A stretch of 20,000 bases of DNA from an uncultured virus (IMG/VR IMGVR_UViG_3300042564_002211) (IMGVR_UViG_3300042564_002211), one strand, 5' to 3'. Shown: positions 1-8,726, counted from the first letter of the stretch. Translations and numbers: made by a program. Notes: a model not told the origin generated them from the letters alone.

Positions 1-99
1 ATCCACGACACCATCATCAACGACTCGTCGCTCGATGTGCTGTGGGACCGGGTCGGCCGCTTCGCTGCTGCTGGTGACGCATACCTCCAGACTCGTTAG
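1..99 (+). CDS. 3' end of a gene cut by the window edge; possibly a deoxynucleoside monophosphate kinase
   Basis: Frame 1 reads IHDTIINDSSLDVLWDRVGRFAAAGDAYLQTR* (TAG 97-99). D-x-I-I-N-D-S-S-L-D-x-L resembles the C-terminal motif of phage dNMP kinases. Confidence 0.4.
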   Translation: MHDTIINDSSLDVLWDRVGRFAAAGDAYLQTR

Positions 100-102
100 G
101 TG

Positions 103-130
103 TTGACTCACGGTGTTTTACACCTACTCT
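103..130 (+). promoter_or_regulatory. Sigma70-like promoter with a palindromic operator in the spacer
   Basis: TTGACT (103-108), 16 nt, TACTCT (125-130). GGTGTTTTACACC at 112-124. Confidence 0.6.
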
Positions 131-162
131 TGGCTTGGCGCTAAGCTAAGTCATTCAAAACC

Positions 163-1029
163 ATGTCTACACCACTGTTTCGCAAAGCAACCCGCGAGAA
201 GGTCTTCCTGAAACTCGCGGTCACCGGTCCGTCTGGTTCCGGGAAAACGTACTCGTCTCTTCGACTCGCTCGAGGACTTGTTGGCCCTGCCGGCAAGATC
301 GCCCTCATCGATACTGAGAATCGCTCTGCGTCCCTGTACGCCGACCGATTCGATTTCGACACGCTCGACATCGCTCCTCCGTTCGACAACGAGAAGTTCA
401 TCGAGGGAGTCAACGCGGCTGTCGAAGCTGACTACGGAGCCATAGTTATCGATAGTGCGTCGCACTTCTGGGAGGGAATCCTTGATTACAAGGACAAGCT
501 CGATCAACGCGGCGGCAACTCCTACACCAACTGGAAGATTGCCGGCGACAAGTTCGGCGGAATCGTCAAGGCCGTGCTGCAGTCTCCTGCCCACGTCATC
601 TGCTGCATGCGCTCCAAGATGGACTACGTTCAGGAGAAGGACGACCGAGGCAAGACCCAGATCAAGAAGGTCGGCCTGGCTCCGATCATGCGTGACGGAA
701 TCGAATACGAGTTCACCACGGTGTTCGATGTGGCGCTGAACCATCAGGCCGCTGTCTCCAAGGACCGCTCTGGCCTCTTCGTCGACAAGATCTTCCAGAT
801 CACCGAGGAGACCGGTGCGCAGCTTGAAGCGTGGCGTCTGTCCGGTGGTGAGCCTGTGTGGAAGACGCAGTTGACCGCCGTCATCGGAGCTAATGAACCC
901 AAGGCCAACACGTTCCTCGTGACGCTTGGGTGGATCAAGGAAGGCCAAACATTCCGAGATCTGTCCGTAACCAACGCGGAGAAGATCCTGTCAAATACGG
1001 CCGCCTTCCTCGCCAAGGCCACAGCCTAA
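163..1029 (+). CDS. AAA-family ATPase, Sak4-like single-strand annealing protein (AAA_24)
   Basis: Walker A GPSGSGKT, IALIDTE, Walker B IVIDS, and a typical EYEFTTVF motif; sits beside an exonuclease. Confidence 0.8.
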   Translation: MSTPLFRKATREKVFLKLAVTGPSGSGKTYSSLRLARGLVGPAGKIALIDTENRSASLYADRFDFDTLDIAPPFDNEKFIEGVNAAVEADYGAIVIDSASHFWEGILDYKDKLDQRGGNSYTNWKIAGDKFGGIVKAVLQSPAHVICCMRSKMDYVQEKDDRGKTQIKKVGLAPIMRDGIEYEFTTVFDVALNHQAAVSKDRSGLFVDKIFQITEETGAQLEAWRLSGGEPVWKTQLTAVIGANEPKANTFLVTLGWIKEGQTFRDLSVTNAEKILSNTAAFLAKATA

Positions 1030-1041
1030 CCGCGATCACCC

Positions 1042-1983
1042 ATGAGAACGATACTCGACGCGAACGGGCTGGTCCATGACGGCATTCACCATCTGCTGGA
1101 CGAGCGGGTGTATCGAAACGACCCTGCAATCGCCATCTCAGACCTCAAGGAGATGTCGCTGTCTCCGCTTCACTTCTGGTCCAAGAAGTTCGGCGGATAT
1201 CGCGCTGAGCAAACCGAGGCTCAGGAGATCGGAACGCTGACCCACCTTTCAGTTCTTGAGCCTGAGGAGTACGCCAGAAAGACGGTCCTCAAGCCGGCTG
1301 ACGCTCCCCGGAAGCCTACTGATGCTCAGCGTAACGCCAAGAAGCCGAGCGAGGACACCATCGCAGCCATCAAGTGGTGGGACGATTGGAGTGCCGCCAA
1401 TGCTGGGAAGACCGAGCTTTCTCAGGACGAATCGACCCAAATCGCCGGTATTACTCAAGGTGTCATGTCCAATTCTGACGCAGTTCAGCTGATGGATGAC
1501 GCTTTGAAGGAGGTGGCCATGTTCAAGACGATCGTCGTCAATGGAACAACCATCCGAATCAAGGGCAAGGCTGACATCATCTGCTCAAGCGGTGGCAGCG
1601 ATTCGGAGGCGATTGCGGACCTCAAGACGGTAGACCGCGGATACGCAAACCCAGACGACTTCTCGTACTCAATCAAGAAGTGGGGGTACGCACAACAGGC
1701 AGCGTGGTACATCGACCTGTACAACATGTTGACCGTGACCGACGATCCGTTCACCAGTGATGTAAAGAAGAGTCGGTGGGTCTTCATTGTGGCGGAGAAG
1801 TTGCCGCCATACGTGTGCATCACACTCGAGCTCGATGAGGACTCGATTGAGGTGGGCCGAGCCATCAACAAGCGGCACCTCGAAACACTCGCAGAGTGCT
1901 TCAAGACGAACGTCTGGGAGCGTCCTCTAAATGGAATGCGCGGTCGTGTATCCATTCCTGAATGGGCCAGAAAGAAGAGTTAA
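1042..1983 (+). CDS. PD-(D/E)XK exonuclease, RecE/exonuclease VIII-like (DUF3799)
   Basis: Motifs ISDLK...SPLHF, GTLTHLSVLEP, KGKAD, IADLKT, WGYAQQAAWY, FIVAEK. Confidence 0.8.
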   Translation: MRTILDANGLVHDGIHHLLDERVYRNDPAIAISDLKEMSLSPLHFWSKKFGGYRAEQTEAQEIGTLTHLSVLEPEEYARKTVLKPADAPRKPTDAQRNAKKPSEDTIAAIKWWDDWSAANAGKTELSQDESTQIAGITQGVMSNSDAVQLMDDALKEVAMFKTIVVNGTTIRIKGKADIICSSGGSDSEAIADLKTVDRGYANPDDFSYSIKKWGYAQQAAWYIDLYNMLTVTDDPFTSDVKKSRWVFIVAEKLPPYVCITLELDEDSIEVGRAINKRHLETLAECFKTNVWERPLNGMRGRVSIPEWARKKS

Positions 1984-2201
1984 CAAAAACCTGCATACGT
2001 TGTGGGCGCACTCAGCCGACCAAGAACTTCTGGTCGGGCAGGCCAACCTGCGTTGAGTGCGCCCGCAAACTTTGGTACGCGCCCAAGTGTAACGCCGATC
2101 CACGTCGCGGACCCAACTGGCCCATGATGGAGCGTATGTGGAAGGCCGGTCTTATCAGTTACCCACCTGAAGCATTCACCGATGATCCAAACCCCAAGTG
2201 A
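1962..2201 (+). CDS. Small zinc-finger protein
   Basis: CxxC...CxxC (CIRC, CVEC); overlaps both neighbours. Confidence 0.55.
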   Translation: MGQKEELTKTCIRCGRTQPTKNFWSGRPTCVECARKLWYAPKCNADPRRGPNWPMMERMWKAGLISYPPEAFTDDPNPK

Positions 2202-2664
2202 CTACTGGCACATCGCCATCGACCCGGGAGCCTCAGGCGGCATTGCATGGAAGAACGGCGATGGGCCAATGACCGCGGTGCCCATGCCTCAGGAGCCGAC
2301 TGACACGGTCAAGCTCTTGAGCGATCTGGTGCTGAAGGGTTACACCGTTCTTCACATCGAGCAGCTTCCGCGGTTTGTTCCAATGGGCGGTGGCAAGGGC
2401 ATACCCGGCTCCATGGCCGCGGTGATGTTCGAGAACTTTGGAATCGTCCTTGGGGCCGCCATGGCCCTCGGCTACCGCATCGAGCGCGTTCCTCCGCAGA
2501 CGTGGCAGAAGGAACTCGGCCTCGGAAACTCCAAGGGTCTCTCGAAGACAGAGTGGAAGAACAAGCTCAAGGGCCGCGCCCAGGAGCTCTTTCCAGGCAT
2601 TCCGATCACGCTCAAGACATCGGACTCCCTCCTGATCTGGGAGTATGGACGAAGACACTGTTGA
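2182..2664 (+). CDS. Phage RuvC-like Holliday junction resolvase
   Basis: IAIDPGASGGIA, catalytic IE, VPPQTWQKELGL and C-terminal DSLLI motifs. Confidence 0.8.
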   Translation: MIQTPSDYWHIAIDPGASGGIAWKNGDGPMTAVPMPQEPTDTVKLLSDLVLKGYTVLHIEQLPRFVPMGGGKGIPGSMAAVMFENFGIVLGAAMALGYRIERVPPQTWQKELGLGNSKGLSKTEWKNKLKGRAQELFPGIPITLKTSDSLLIWEYGRRHC

Positions 2665-2689
2665 CAGGCTGTCTGCGGTGTATTACAAG
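2661..2689 (+). promoter_or_regulatory. Promoter with an imperfect operator, upstream of the initiator leader
   Basis: TTGACA (2661-2666), 10 nt, GGTGTATTACAAG (2677-2689). Confidence 0.55.
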
Positions 2690-2761
2690 GTCAGTGTCCT
2701 CGGCGATCGGTGAGAGGAGAGTCGAGGGTGTTCAATAGGCGCGGTTCAATCACAGTTTTTT

Positions 2762-2835
2762 GCCCCACGTTTTCCGAGGTTTCGCTGATCCGCCCCAGCG
2801 ATCTCTCCCCCTCGGACTACGTGGGGCTCTTTTTT
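2762..2835 (+). terminator. Long interrupted hairpin plus U-tract in the initiator leader (attenuator-like terminator)
   Basis: GCCCCACGT/ACGTGGGGC (2762-2770/2819-2827), TCCGAGG/CCTCGGA and TCGCTG/CAGCGA stems, followed by TCTTTTTT. Confidence 0.55.
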
Positions 2836-2868
2836 CCCGTTCACTGAAACGGGCTGTTTCAACGACCG

Positions 2869-3741
2869 ATGAAAACCATCATCCGAGTAAAGCGACAGCA
2901 GGGTGGATTCACCATCATCCCAAACGAACTTCTTCGGAAGAAGATGTCTCTTCGCGCCAAGGGGCTCCTGTGCATGATCCTGTCCAATATGGACGAGTGG
3001 GTGGTCACCAAGTCGTGGGTAACTGAGCATTGCTGCGAGGGGCGTGATGCCATCGCAGCCGTGTTCAATGAGCTCAAAGAGCTTGGGTACGCATCCCTTG
3101 AGGAAACAGAAACGGCCGCTGACGGAAGGTTTTCCAATCGAATTTGGACCTTTACCGACACTCCCACCGTTGACTGGAAATCCGCGCAAAACACCCCTTT
3201 ATGCGCGGAAAACCAGTGCGGGTTTCCAGTAACTGGAAAGCCGTCACCTAAGAATACTATAGAAGAAGACCATAAGAAAGAGAGCGGCGGTGCCGCGAAA
3301 GAGCGCCCGAGGAACGAGCTTGCAGACCATCTGGCCAAGGCTTGCGGATCGGACGTGGCACGCATGACCGAGGGCGAGTGGAAGCGGGTGGGAGTTGCTC
3401 TGGCTGGAATCAAGAAGGTCGAGCCCAGTCTGACCAAGGAGATGATCGATGCCCACGTCGCTGGCTATCGGCGCATCTTCCGCGACGCCATCCTGACTCC
3501 GCTGGCCTTGATGAACAACTGGGGCGCTACAGCCCCAATGGCGCGTCCTGATGCCAAGTCCGCTGTCTCCACACCGGACGAGCTTAAAAACCTCGTGGAG
3601 CGGCTTTCTGGGCACGTGGCGAACCCTCGGCATGAGGCGATGTTCGGAGATCTGGTGACCGAAGCCCAGAAGCAGGAGTTTGCGGCCATGAAGGAGCGGT
3701 ACTTCCAACTCAAGGCCCAGCTTGGGGGAGGCACCAAGTGA
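2869..3741 (+). CDS. Phage replication initiator protein with an N-terminal winged HTH
   Basis: FTIIPNELLRKKMSLRAKGLLCMILS...EGRDAIAAVFNELKELGY is typical of phage initiators. It lies directly upstream of dnaB and contains iteron-like repeats. Confidence 0.75.
   Translation: MKTIIRVKRQQGGFTIIPNELLRKKMSLRAKGLLCMILSNMDEWVVTKSWVTEHCCEGRDAIAAVFNELKELGYASLEETETAADGRFSNRIWTFTDTPTVDWKSAQNTPLCAENQCGFPVTGKPSPKNTIEEDHKKESGGAAKERPRNELADHLAKACGSDVARMTEGEWKRVGVALAGIKKVEPSLTKEMIDAHVAGYRRIFRDAILTPLALMNNWGATAPMARPDAKSAVSTPDELKNLVERLSGHVANPRHEAMFGDLVTEAQKQEFAAMKERYFQLKAQLGGGTK
3173..3280. repeat. Iteron-like repeats plus an A-rich tract; putative replication origin
   Basis: ACTGGAAATCCGC (3173), GCGGAAAACCAGT (3205, inverted), GCGGGTTTCCAGT (3218, inverted), ACTGGAAAGCCGT (3232), then TAAGAATACTATAGAAGAAG. 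Confidence 0.55.
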
Positions 3742-5060
3742 GAGAGCCTCCGTTCTCGCAAGAGGCCGAACTTGGCGTGATAGGGTGCTGTTTGCTGAAC
3801 AACAACGCCATCGATGACGCGATAAACGGTGGTATCAAGGCGGACTGGTTCTACGATGTTCGATGCCATGACTTGTGGGAGATCATCATCAAGATGCGGG
3901 ACGACCGCATTCCGATCGATATGGTCACGATCGCGAACCGGCTCAAGGGCGACTCATTCAACCGTGTCGGCGGGATTGCGTTCGTGTCTGAGGCGATGGA
4001 CGCTGTTCCGAGCGCATCAAACCTCCCCTACTATCTGGACATTGCACGGGACAAACAGCGGGCCAGAAAGCTCATTGAGATCTCGCAAGAGGCCATAAAC
4101 ACGGCCTATTCCGGGGCTTCCAAGGTGGACATGGTGCTGGACAGTTTTGAAGCCAAGCTGATGGGGATCAGGAATGAGCACTCCGTTGACAGCGACTTCA
4201 CCGCCAAACAGATAGCCACTTCAGCCATCGACCTCATTCAGGAGCGGTGTGCTGGAAAGAGCGACGCTATCCCAACCGGCTGGACCTTCATGGACAGAAT
4301 CCTCAGGGGAGGGCTGAGGCCGGGCCAAGTATTCGTGGTTGCTGGTCGCCCGGGTGCCGGCAAGACGGCGTTCACCTTGAGTCTTTTGACCTCACTCTGC
4401 TCAAGCGGCGTGCAGACGGGGTTCGTGAGCCTCGAGATGAGCGCCGAGGAGGTGGGCATGCGAATGCTGGCAATCGAGTCTCAGGTGGATGTCGGGCGGT
4501 ACGACGAGCGTAACCAGCCGAACGAGGGCGAGCTCAGGAAGCTGACGACAGCTACAAGTCGGCTTGCCCGTCACAAGATCATGGTCAACGACAAGCCCAA
4601 CCAGACCGCTCAGAGCATCGCTGCCAAGGCGCGTCGCTGGGTTCGATCTTCAGGATTGAAGGTACTTGCGATCGACTACCTGCAGTTGATCACGGCCTCT
4701 GAGGGCAAGGAGAGGCGCGAACAGATCGATGCGATCAGCCGAAACATGAAGCTGCTGGCCAAAGAGCTCAAGATACCGATCGTGCTTCTGGCCCAGCTGA
4801 ACCGCGCCATTGAGCGTGATGGAAACCGCAAACCTAGGCTCAGCGATCTGCGCGAGTCAGGTGCCATTGAGCAAGATGCTGACCTTGTCGGCATGCTCTA
4901 CCCCGCTGAGCAACAGGACTCAGAGGCCACCCAATCTGGACCGAGGAGAATCAACCTGTTCATCGCCAAGCAACGGGCGGGGCAGGCAGGGGTGGATATC
5001 CCGTTCAGCTTCAGGCCAGAGCTCACACGATTCGACCCAACATCACTATTCGACGAATGA
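3738..5060 (+). CDS. dnaB: Replicative DNA helicase DnaB
   Basis: N-terminal PPFSQEAELGVIG, Walker A GRPGAGKT, SLEMS, IDYLQL, AQLNR, SDLRESGAIEQDAD, AKQR. Confidence 0.95.
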   Translation: MREPPFSQEAELGVIGCCLLNNNAIDDAINGGIKADWFYDVRCHDLWEIIIKMRDDRIPIDMVTIANRLKGDSFNRVGGIAFVSEAMDAVPSASNLPYYLDIARDKQRARKLIEISQEAINTAYSGASKVDMVLDSFEAKLMGIRNEHSVDSDFTAKQIATSAIDLIQERCAGKSDAIPTGWTFMDRILRGGLRPGQVFVVAGRPGAGKTAFTLSLLTSLCSSGVQTGFVSLEMSAEEVGMRMLAIESQVDVGRYDERNQPNEGELRKLTTATSRLARHKIMVNDKPNQTAQSIAAKARRWVRSSGLKVLAIDYLQLITASEGKERREQIDAISRNMKLLAKELKIPIVLLAQLNRAIERDGNRKPRLSDLRESGAIEQDADLVGMLYPAEQQDSEATQSGPRRINLFIAKQRAGQAGVDIPFSFRPELTRFDPTSLFDE

Positions 5061-5773
5061 AAATCAGATCCTACCAAGAGCGCGTCTACAACTGGCAGCG
5101 CGATGTCGCAGCCCAGCCCGTTACGAAGACGCCAACGCAACGCGATCCCGAGTTCTGCAAGAAGCAGTTGGGGTTCGTGAAGTCCGAGTGGTATGACGAG
5201 TACATCATCCACGCCGCCACCTACAACGAACTGCTCAGTTCGGTTCCAGCACTGTTCGAGGAGGGTATCACCAAGAAGATCGACAACATCCGGGAAAACA
5301 TCGCCGATGATATCGGAGACGTGGCTTTCACGGTTCTCGGCCTTCTTAACGCCTACGGCGTCATGCTCGACAACATCTCGTTCTCGAGATCAACCGACAT
5401 GAACGTGCTCGCCCTTGAGAGGCGTGTCGACCTGTTCATCAAGGGGGTGGAGGACACGGACAAGCTGCAGGCCTCTGATGCCAAGGCGGTGCTGCTGGAT
5501 CTGATCGCGCTGTCCACGTACTACTCGGTGCGATTCTGGGACGCTCTGGGCGCTGTGTGCGCCAGCAACGACACCAAGCTCTGGACGCTGCCGGAGGTAC
5601 ATGATAACCAGCTGAAGATCGAGAGCCTGAAGTGGACCGAAACCAAGGTCGCAGGCGTGACAGGTGACCGGTGCTACCGCATCAAGAATCAGGACGGGAA
5701 GCTGATGAAGAGCCCGTCTTTCACCGGGCCGGACCTCCGATCTGCCCTGATGCAATTCGTGTCCTTGACATGA
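5057..5773 (+). CDS. MazG-like / PRA-PH-like nucleotide pyrophosphohydrolase
   Basis: SEWYDE...ADDIGD acidic helices and C-terminal VCASNDTK...DGKLMKSPSFTGPDL, resembling DR2231-type all-alpha NTP pyrophosphatases. Confidence 0.65.
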   Translation: MKIRSYQERVYNWQRDVAAQPVTKTPTQRDPEFCKKQLGFVKSEWYDEYIIHAATYNELLSSVPALFEEGITKKIDNIRENIADDIGDVAFTVLGLLNAYGVMLDNISFSRSTDMNVLALERRVDLFIKGVEDTDKLQASDAKAVLLDLIALSTYYSVRFWDALGAVCASNDTKLWTLPEVHDNQLKIESLKWTETKVAGVTGDRCYRIKNQDGKLMKSPSFTGPDLRSALMQFVSLT

Positions 5774-5793
5774 ACCATTCGGTGTATTACACC
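5765..5793 (+). promoter_or_regulatory. Promoter with a perfect palindromic operator
   Basis: TTGACA (5765-5770), 10 nt, GGTGTATTACACC (5781-5793); ATG at 5801. Confidence 0.65.
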
Positions 5794-5800
5794 TTTCCAC

Positions 5801-6007
5801 ATGGCTGAAACACCAGACAAGAAGATCGACGTTTCCAAGATGGAGCAGTTCGATCCGCCGCATTGCCCGATTCACGGAGGCTCAATGCCTGTCATCAACA
5901 CGACGCCGAACAACGGTGTCGACCTTCACGGGATCGCCGGCAAGTGGTGCGGAGTTTGCATCATCAAGGCGCTCGAGAAACTCGGGGTCCAGAAGTGCAT
6001 CGTATGA
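5801..6007 (+). CDS. Small putative zinc-binding hypothetical protein
   Basis: CPIH and CGVC motifs; directly downstream of a promoter. Confidence 0.6.
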   Translation: MAETPDKKIDVSKMEQFDPPHCPIHGGSMPVINTTPNNGVDLHGIAGKWCGVCIIKALEKLGVQKCIV

Positions 6008-6195
6008 ATCCAGGAGACAAGTACCAGAGTGTCCACAACCCAAACACCGTGGTTGAAGTCGTGTGCCCTGTTGCCGAGTTCAGGATCGGAGAGGTCCGGC
6101 AGCCGTGCATCATCTACACCAAGAGGCAGCGGTTTTACGTGCGAACCGAAGCTGAGTTTCTCGCGAAATTCAGGCCGATTCAATCGGGCCAATGA
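6004..6195 (+). CDS. Small hypothetical protein, DUF1653-like
   Basis: ATGA overlap with the previous gene; IIY...FYVRTEAEFLAKF resembles DUF1653. Confidence 0.5.
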   Translation: MNPGDKYQSVHNPNTVVEVVCPVAEFRIGEVRQPCIIYTKRQRFYVRTEAEFLAKFRPIQSGQ

Positions 6196-6206
6196 CCAAT
6201 TCAGAT

Positions 6207-6235
6207 TTGACAATCACACCTCGGTGTAAGACACC
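6207..6235 (+). promoter_or_regulatory. Promoter with operator upstream of the RHH gene
   Basis: TTGACA (6207-6212), 10 nt, GGTGTAAGACACC (6223-6235). Confidence 0.6.
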
Positions 6236-6248
6236 TTCCGAAACGAAG

Positions 6249-6467
6249 ATGCCTAACCAACGAGGAAAATCTCAAGCACTGCTCGCAGTATGGATCTCCA
6301 AGCCTCAATTGAAGGAACTGGACAAGTCTTCCGCCTCCAAGCAGATGACTCGGTCCGAGTACGTCAGGCATCGCCTATTCCAAGCCGACGAGTCGCAGCA
6401 AAGCGCAAAATCGGCACGTTCCAAGCCGGTGGTCTCCGCGTTACGGCGTGGGTCGAAAAAGGCATGA
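6249..6467 (+). CDS. Ribbon-helix-helix (CopG/Arc-like) DNA-binding protein
   Basis: Strand LLAVWIS, helix KPQLKELDKSSASK, then MTRSEYVRHRLF; basic tail. Start moved to ATG 6249, downstream of the promoter. Confidence 0.6.
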   Translation: MPNQRGKSQALLAVWISKPQLKELDKSSASKQMTRSEYVRHRLFQADESQQSAKSARSKPVVSALRRGSKKA

Positions 6468-6565
6468 TCTGTTTCAGGCAGAAGTACAGCCGCAAGGTTG
6501 AGCGTATCAGCCTTGATGAGACATGGCATCATGCCATCGGCCAGTTGGAGATGCGCCTGAAATGA
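6464..6565 (+). CDS. 33-aa hypothetical protein
   Basis: ATGA overlaps at both ends (MICFRQKYSRKVERISLDETWHHAIGQLEMRLK). Confidence 0.45.
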   Translation: MICFRQKYSRKVERISLDETWHHAIGQLEMRLK

Positions 6566-6804
6566 GCAAGACAATCTCCAGCGTGACCCGTCTTTCCCTC
6601 ACTGGTGGTCGCACCGTGACGGTATGGCGGTCGGAGACTGGACTCCTCAAGGAGTACGAATACAACGACGTGATCGGTCACGCGATCATGTCGACTGGGA
6701 TGCCAGTCCATAAACTGGCAGACAGCATTTTCACGAACCTCAAGAACATCCGTGCAGTCGAGGTTATCGACGGCAACGGACAAGGGGTTCGCATCGAGAA
6801 GTAG
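6562..6804 (+). CDS. Hypothetical protein
   Basis: ATGA-coupled start; GGAG upstream. Confidence 0.6.
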   Translation: MSKTISSVTRLSLTGGRTVTVWRSETGLLKEYEYNDVIGHAIMSTGMPVHKLADSIFTNLKNIRAVEVIDGNGQGVRIEK

Positions 6805-6947
6805 TTTTTGGGCGGTTTGCCCCGCCCGAAATTCACGAGTTCGGATCGGCTCCCGAGTGGGATGACCGAATCAATCCGGCCCGTGTGGTCTATGCCCCCT
6901 GGTGCGCGATGGCACTGGGGGGCTCTCCTCCCAACACCAGCAGAACC

Positions 6948-7139
6948 ATGAAACCAAACCTGTACGCAATCATCAGCCGCCTAGTCCTTGACGGAGTTGG
7001 TCAAGGCATCCGCAACACCGAGAGTGCTGCGCCGTCAGTCCAGCCGAGAACTGTCGAGAACCTCACTGAGAACATCCACATGGCAGTCATGCGGGAGCTC
7101 ACCGAGTACTTCACATTCAAAGACGATGATAAGCAGTAA
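6948..7139 (+). CDS. Hypothetical protein
   Basis: AACCATG start context after a structured spacer. Confidence 0.6.
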   Translation: MKPNLYAIISRLVLDGVGQGIRNTESAAPSVQPRTVENLTENIHMAVMRELTEYFTFKDDDKQ

Positions 7140-7494
7140 GCCGATTCGTCTCCCGTTGGATGACATCAAGGGTGTTATCAACGATTTGAAGAGGGGCTGC
7201 ACCGTGGCTGAGATCACGAGCAAGTGGCACATCTCAACGAGAACATTCTACAGGATCAAGTATCTCGAGAAGCTGCCAACCAAGGACATTTACACACGCG
7301 GGGACTCGCATTGGCCCTGTGTCCACAGCGAGGAGAAAATCCGAGCAATCGTCGCAGAGCGCAAGAAGGGTGTGTTGCTCAAGGATCTGTCAGCCAAGTA
7401 CGGAGTCGCACAGAGCTACATCAGCAGCATTATGAACGGTCACAAAAGGGAGCAAACAAAATGGACGAGAAACACCAAGAAGAGTCGGAACTGA
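7126..7494 (+). CDS. Tandem helix-turn-helix protein
   Basis: Two HTH-like segments (TVAEITSKWHISTRTFYRI; LLKDLSAKYGVAQSYISSIMNG) joined by RGDSH...SEEKIRAI. Confidence 0.6.
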   Translation: MISSKPIRLPLDDIKGVINDLKRGCTVAEITSKWHISTRTFYRIKYLEKLPTKDIYTRGDSHWPCVHSEEKIRAIVAERKKGVLLKDLSAKYGVAQSYISSIMNGHKREQTKWTRNTKKSRN

Positions 7495-7721
7495 TTCAGA
7501 GCCTGATCGAGAGCATCTCGGATAGGTTCGACACCATCCAGGTGTTTACCACTTCGCACAATCCAGACACTGGAGAGACGACCCACATCGCAATGGGCAC
7601 AGGGAACTTCTATGCCCGCATTGGCCAGATTGATGAATGGGTGCGAATGCAGAAAGAGATCGTCAGGGAAAAGGCCAAACAGATTGCCGGATCAGAAAAC
7701 GCTGAGTTCGGTCAGAACTAA
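7461..7721 (+). CDS. Hypothetical protein
   Basis: GGGAG RBS upstream of ATG 7461. Confidence 0.6.
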   Translation: MDEKHQEESELIQSLIESISDRFDTIQVFTTSHNPDTGETTHIAMGTGNFYARIGQIDEWVRMQKEIVREKAKQIAGSENAEFGQN

Positions 7722-7748
7722 CAGCATCGAAACACGCCAAGAAACCAC

Positions 7749-8726
7749 ATGAAACTAGCCAGCATCGAGGTCATCAAGGAGATCGCACCTCACTCCAACG
7801 CAGACTCGCTCGAAATCGCCAAGGTTCTCGGGTGGCAGATCATCGTCCGCAAGGGCGAGTTCAAGGCCGGTGAGTCCGTCGTTTTCATCCCCATCGACAC
7901 CATCCTGCCCGATGCCGAGTGGTCGGCGTTCCTGAAGAAGGGCGACAAGCCGATTCGGCTCAACACCATCCGTCTGCGCGGCGAGTACAGTCAGGGGCTG
8001 ATCCAGCCGCTCTCGATCCTGCCTGAACACGTCCGTGGGTGGCAGGAAGGCGCTGACGTTGGCGGCGAACTGGGCATCAAGAAGCACGAGAAAGAGATTC
8101 CGGCGTGCCTGTCCGGTGAGGTGGCTGGAGCTTTCCCAACCTCCTACGCCCCGAAGACGGACGAGGACAACGGCCTGAGCCATCCTGATATCGTGAAGCA
8201 CACGCTGTCGAAGCCGTGTGTTGCCACGCTGAAGCTGGACGGTTCTTCATGCACCATCGTGGTTGTCGATGGCAACATCACGCACGTCTGCAGCCGCAAC
8301 CTGTCGCTCAAGGAATCAGCCTCGAACGGGTTTTGGATCGCTGCGAGGAAGCTGACCATCCCGCCGGGTGCCAACTGCGTCATCCAAGGCGAGTTGATGG
8401 GTCCGGGTGTGCAGGGGAACCAGTTGAAGCTCACTGAGCCGACGCTCTTCGTCTACCAGATCCGTGATCTCACCAATGGCAAATGGCTTCGATACATCGA
8501 TATGGCTCAGGTGTGCCGAGACAAGTTCCAGTGCAAGTGCGTCCCTGTCGTTACCGTTACTGTCGATGAAACCATTGAACACCTGCAGAGCGTCGCCGAC
8601 ATCGTAACGCTGCCTGACGGCAAACCTGCCGAGGGAATCGTCGTTCGCCCAATCGATGGCGAGGCTATGGGCATCGGTCGGCCGCTGGGTTTCAAGATCA
8701 TCAACCGCAACTACAAGGACCAGTAA
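7749..8726 (+). CDS. RNA ligase, DRB0094/Rnl5 family
   Basis: N-terminal OB-like domain (LASI...PHSNADSLE...LGWQIIVRKGEF...LRGEYSQGL), motif I KLDGSS, CSRN, QGELMGPGVQGN, EGIVVR, FKIIN. Confidence 0.9.
   Translation: MKLASIEVIKEIAPHSNADSLEIAKVLGWQIIVRKGEFKAGESVVFIPIDTILPDAEWSAFLKKGDKPIRLNTIRLRGEYSQGLIQPLSILPEHVRGWQEGADVGGELGIKKHEKEIPACLSGEVAGAFPTSYAPKTDEDNGLSHPDIVKHTLSKPCVATLKLDGSSCTIVVVDGNITHVCSRNLSLKESASNGFWIAARKLTIPPGANCVIQGELMGPGVQGNQLKLTEPTLFVYQIRDLTNGKWLRYIDMAQVCRDKFQCKCVPVVTVTVDETIEHLQSVADIVTLPDGKPAEGIVVRPIDGEAMGIGRPLGFKIINRNYKDQ

Noticed and set aside
151..948. Long minus-strand ORFs (also 11504-12394, 15170-15730 and others)
   Set aside because: These are antisense shadows of well-supported + strand genes, expected with GC-rich codon bias, and they contain no motifs.
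6834..6890. tRNA or HDV-like (theta) ribozyme
   Set aside because: No cloverleaf or T-loop consensus, and I could not build the nested double pseudoknot.
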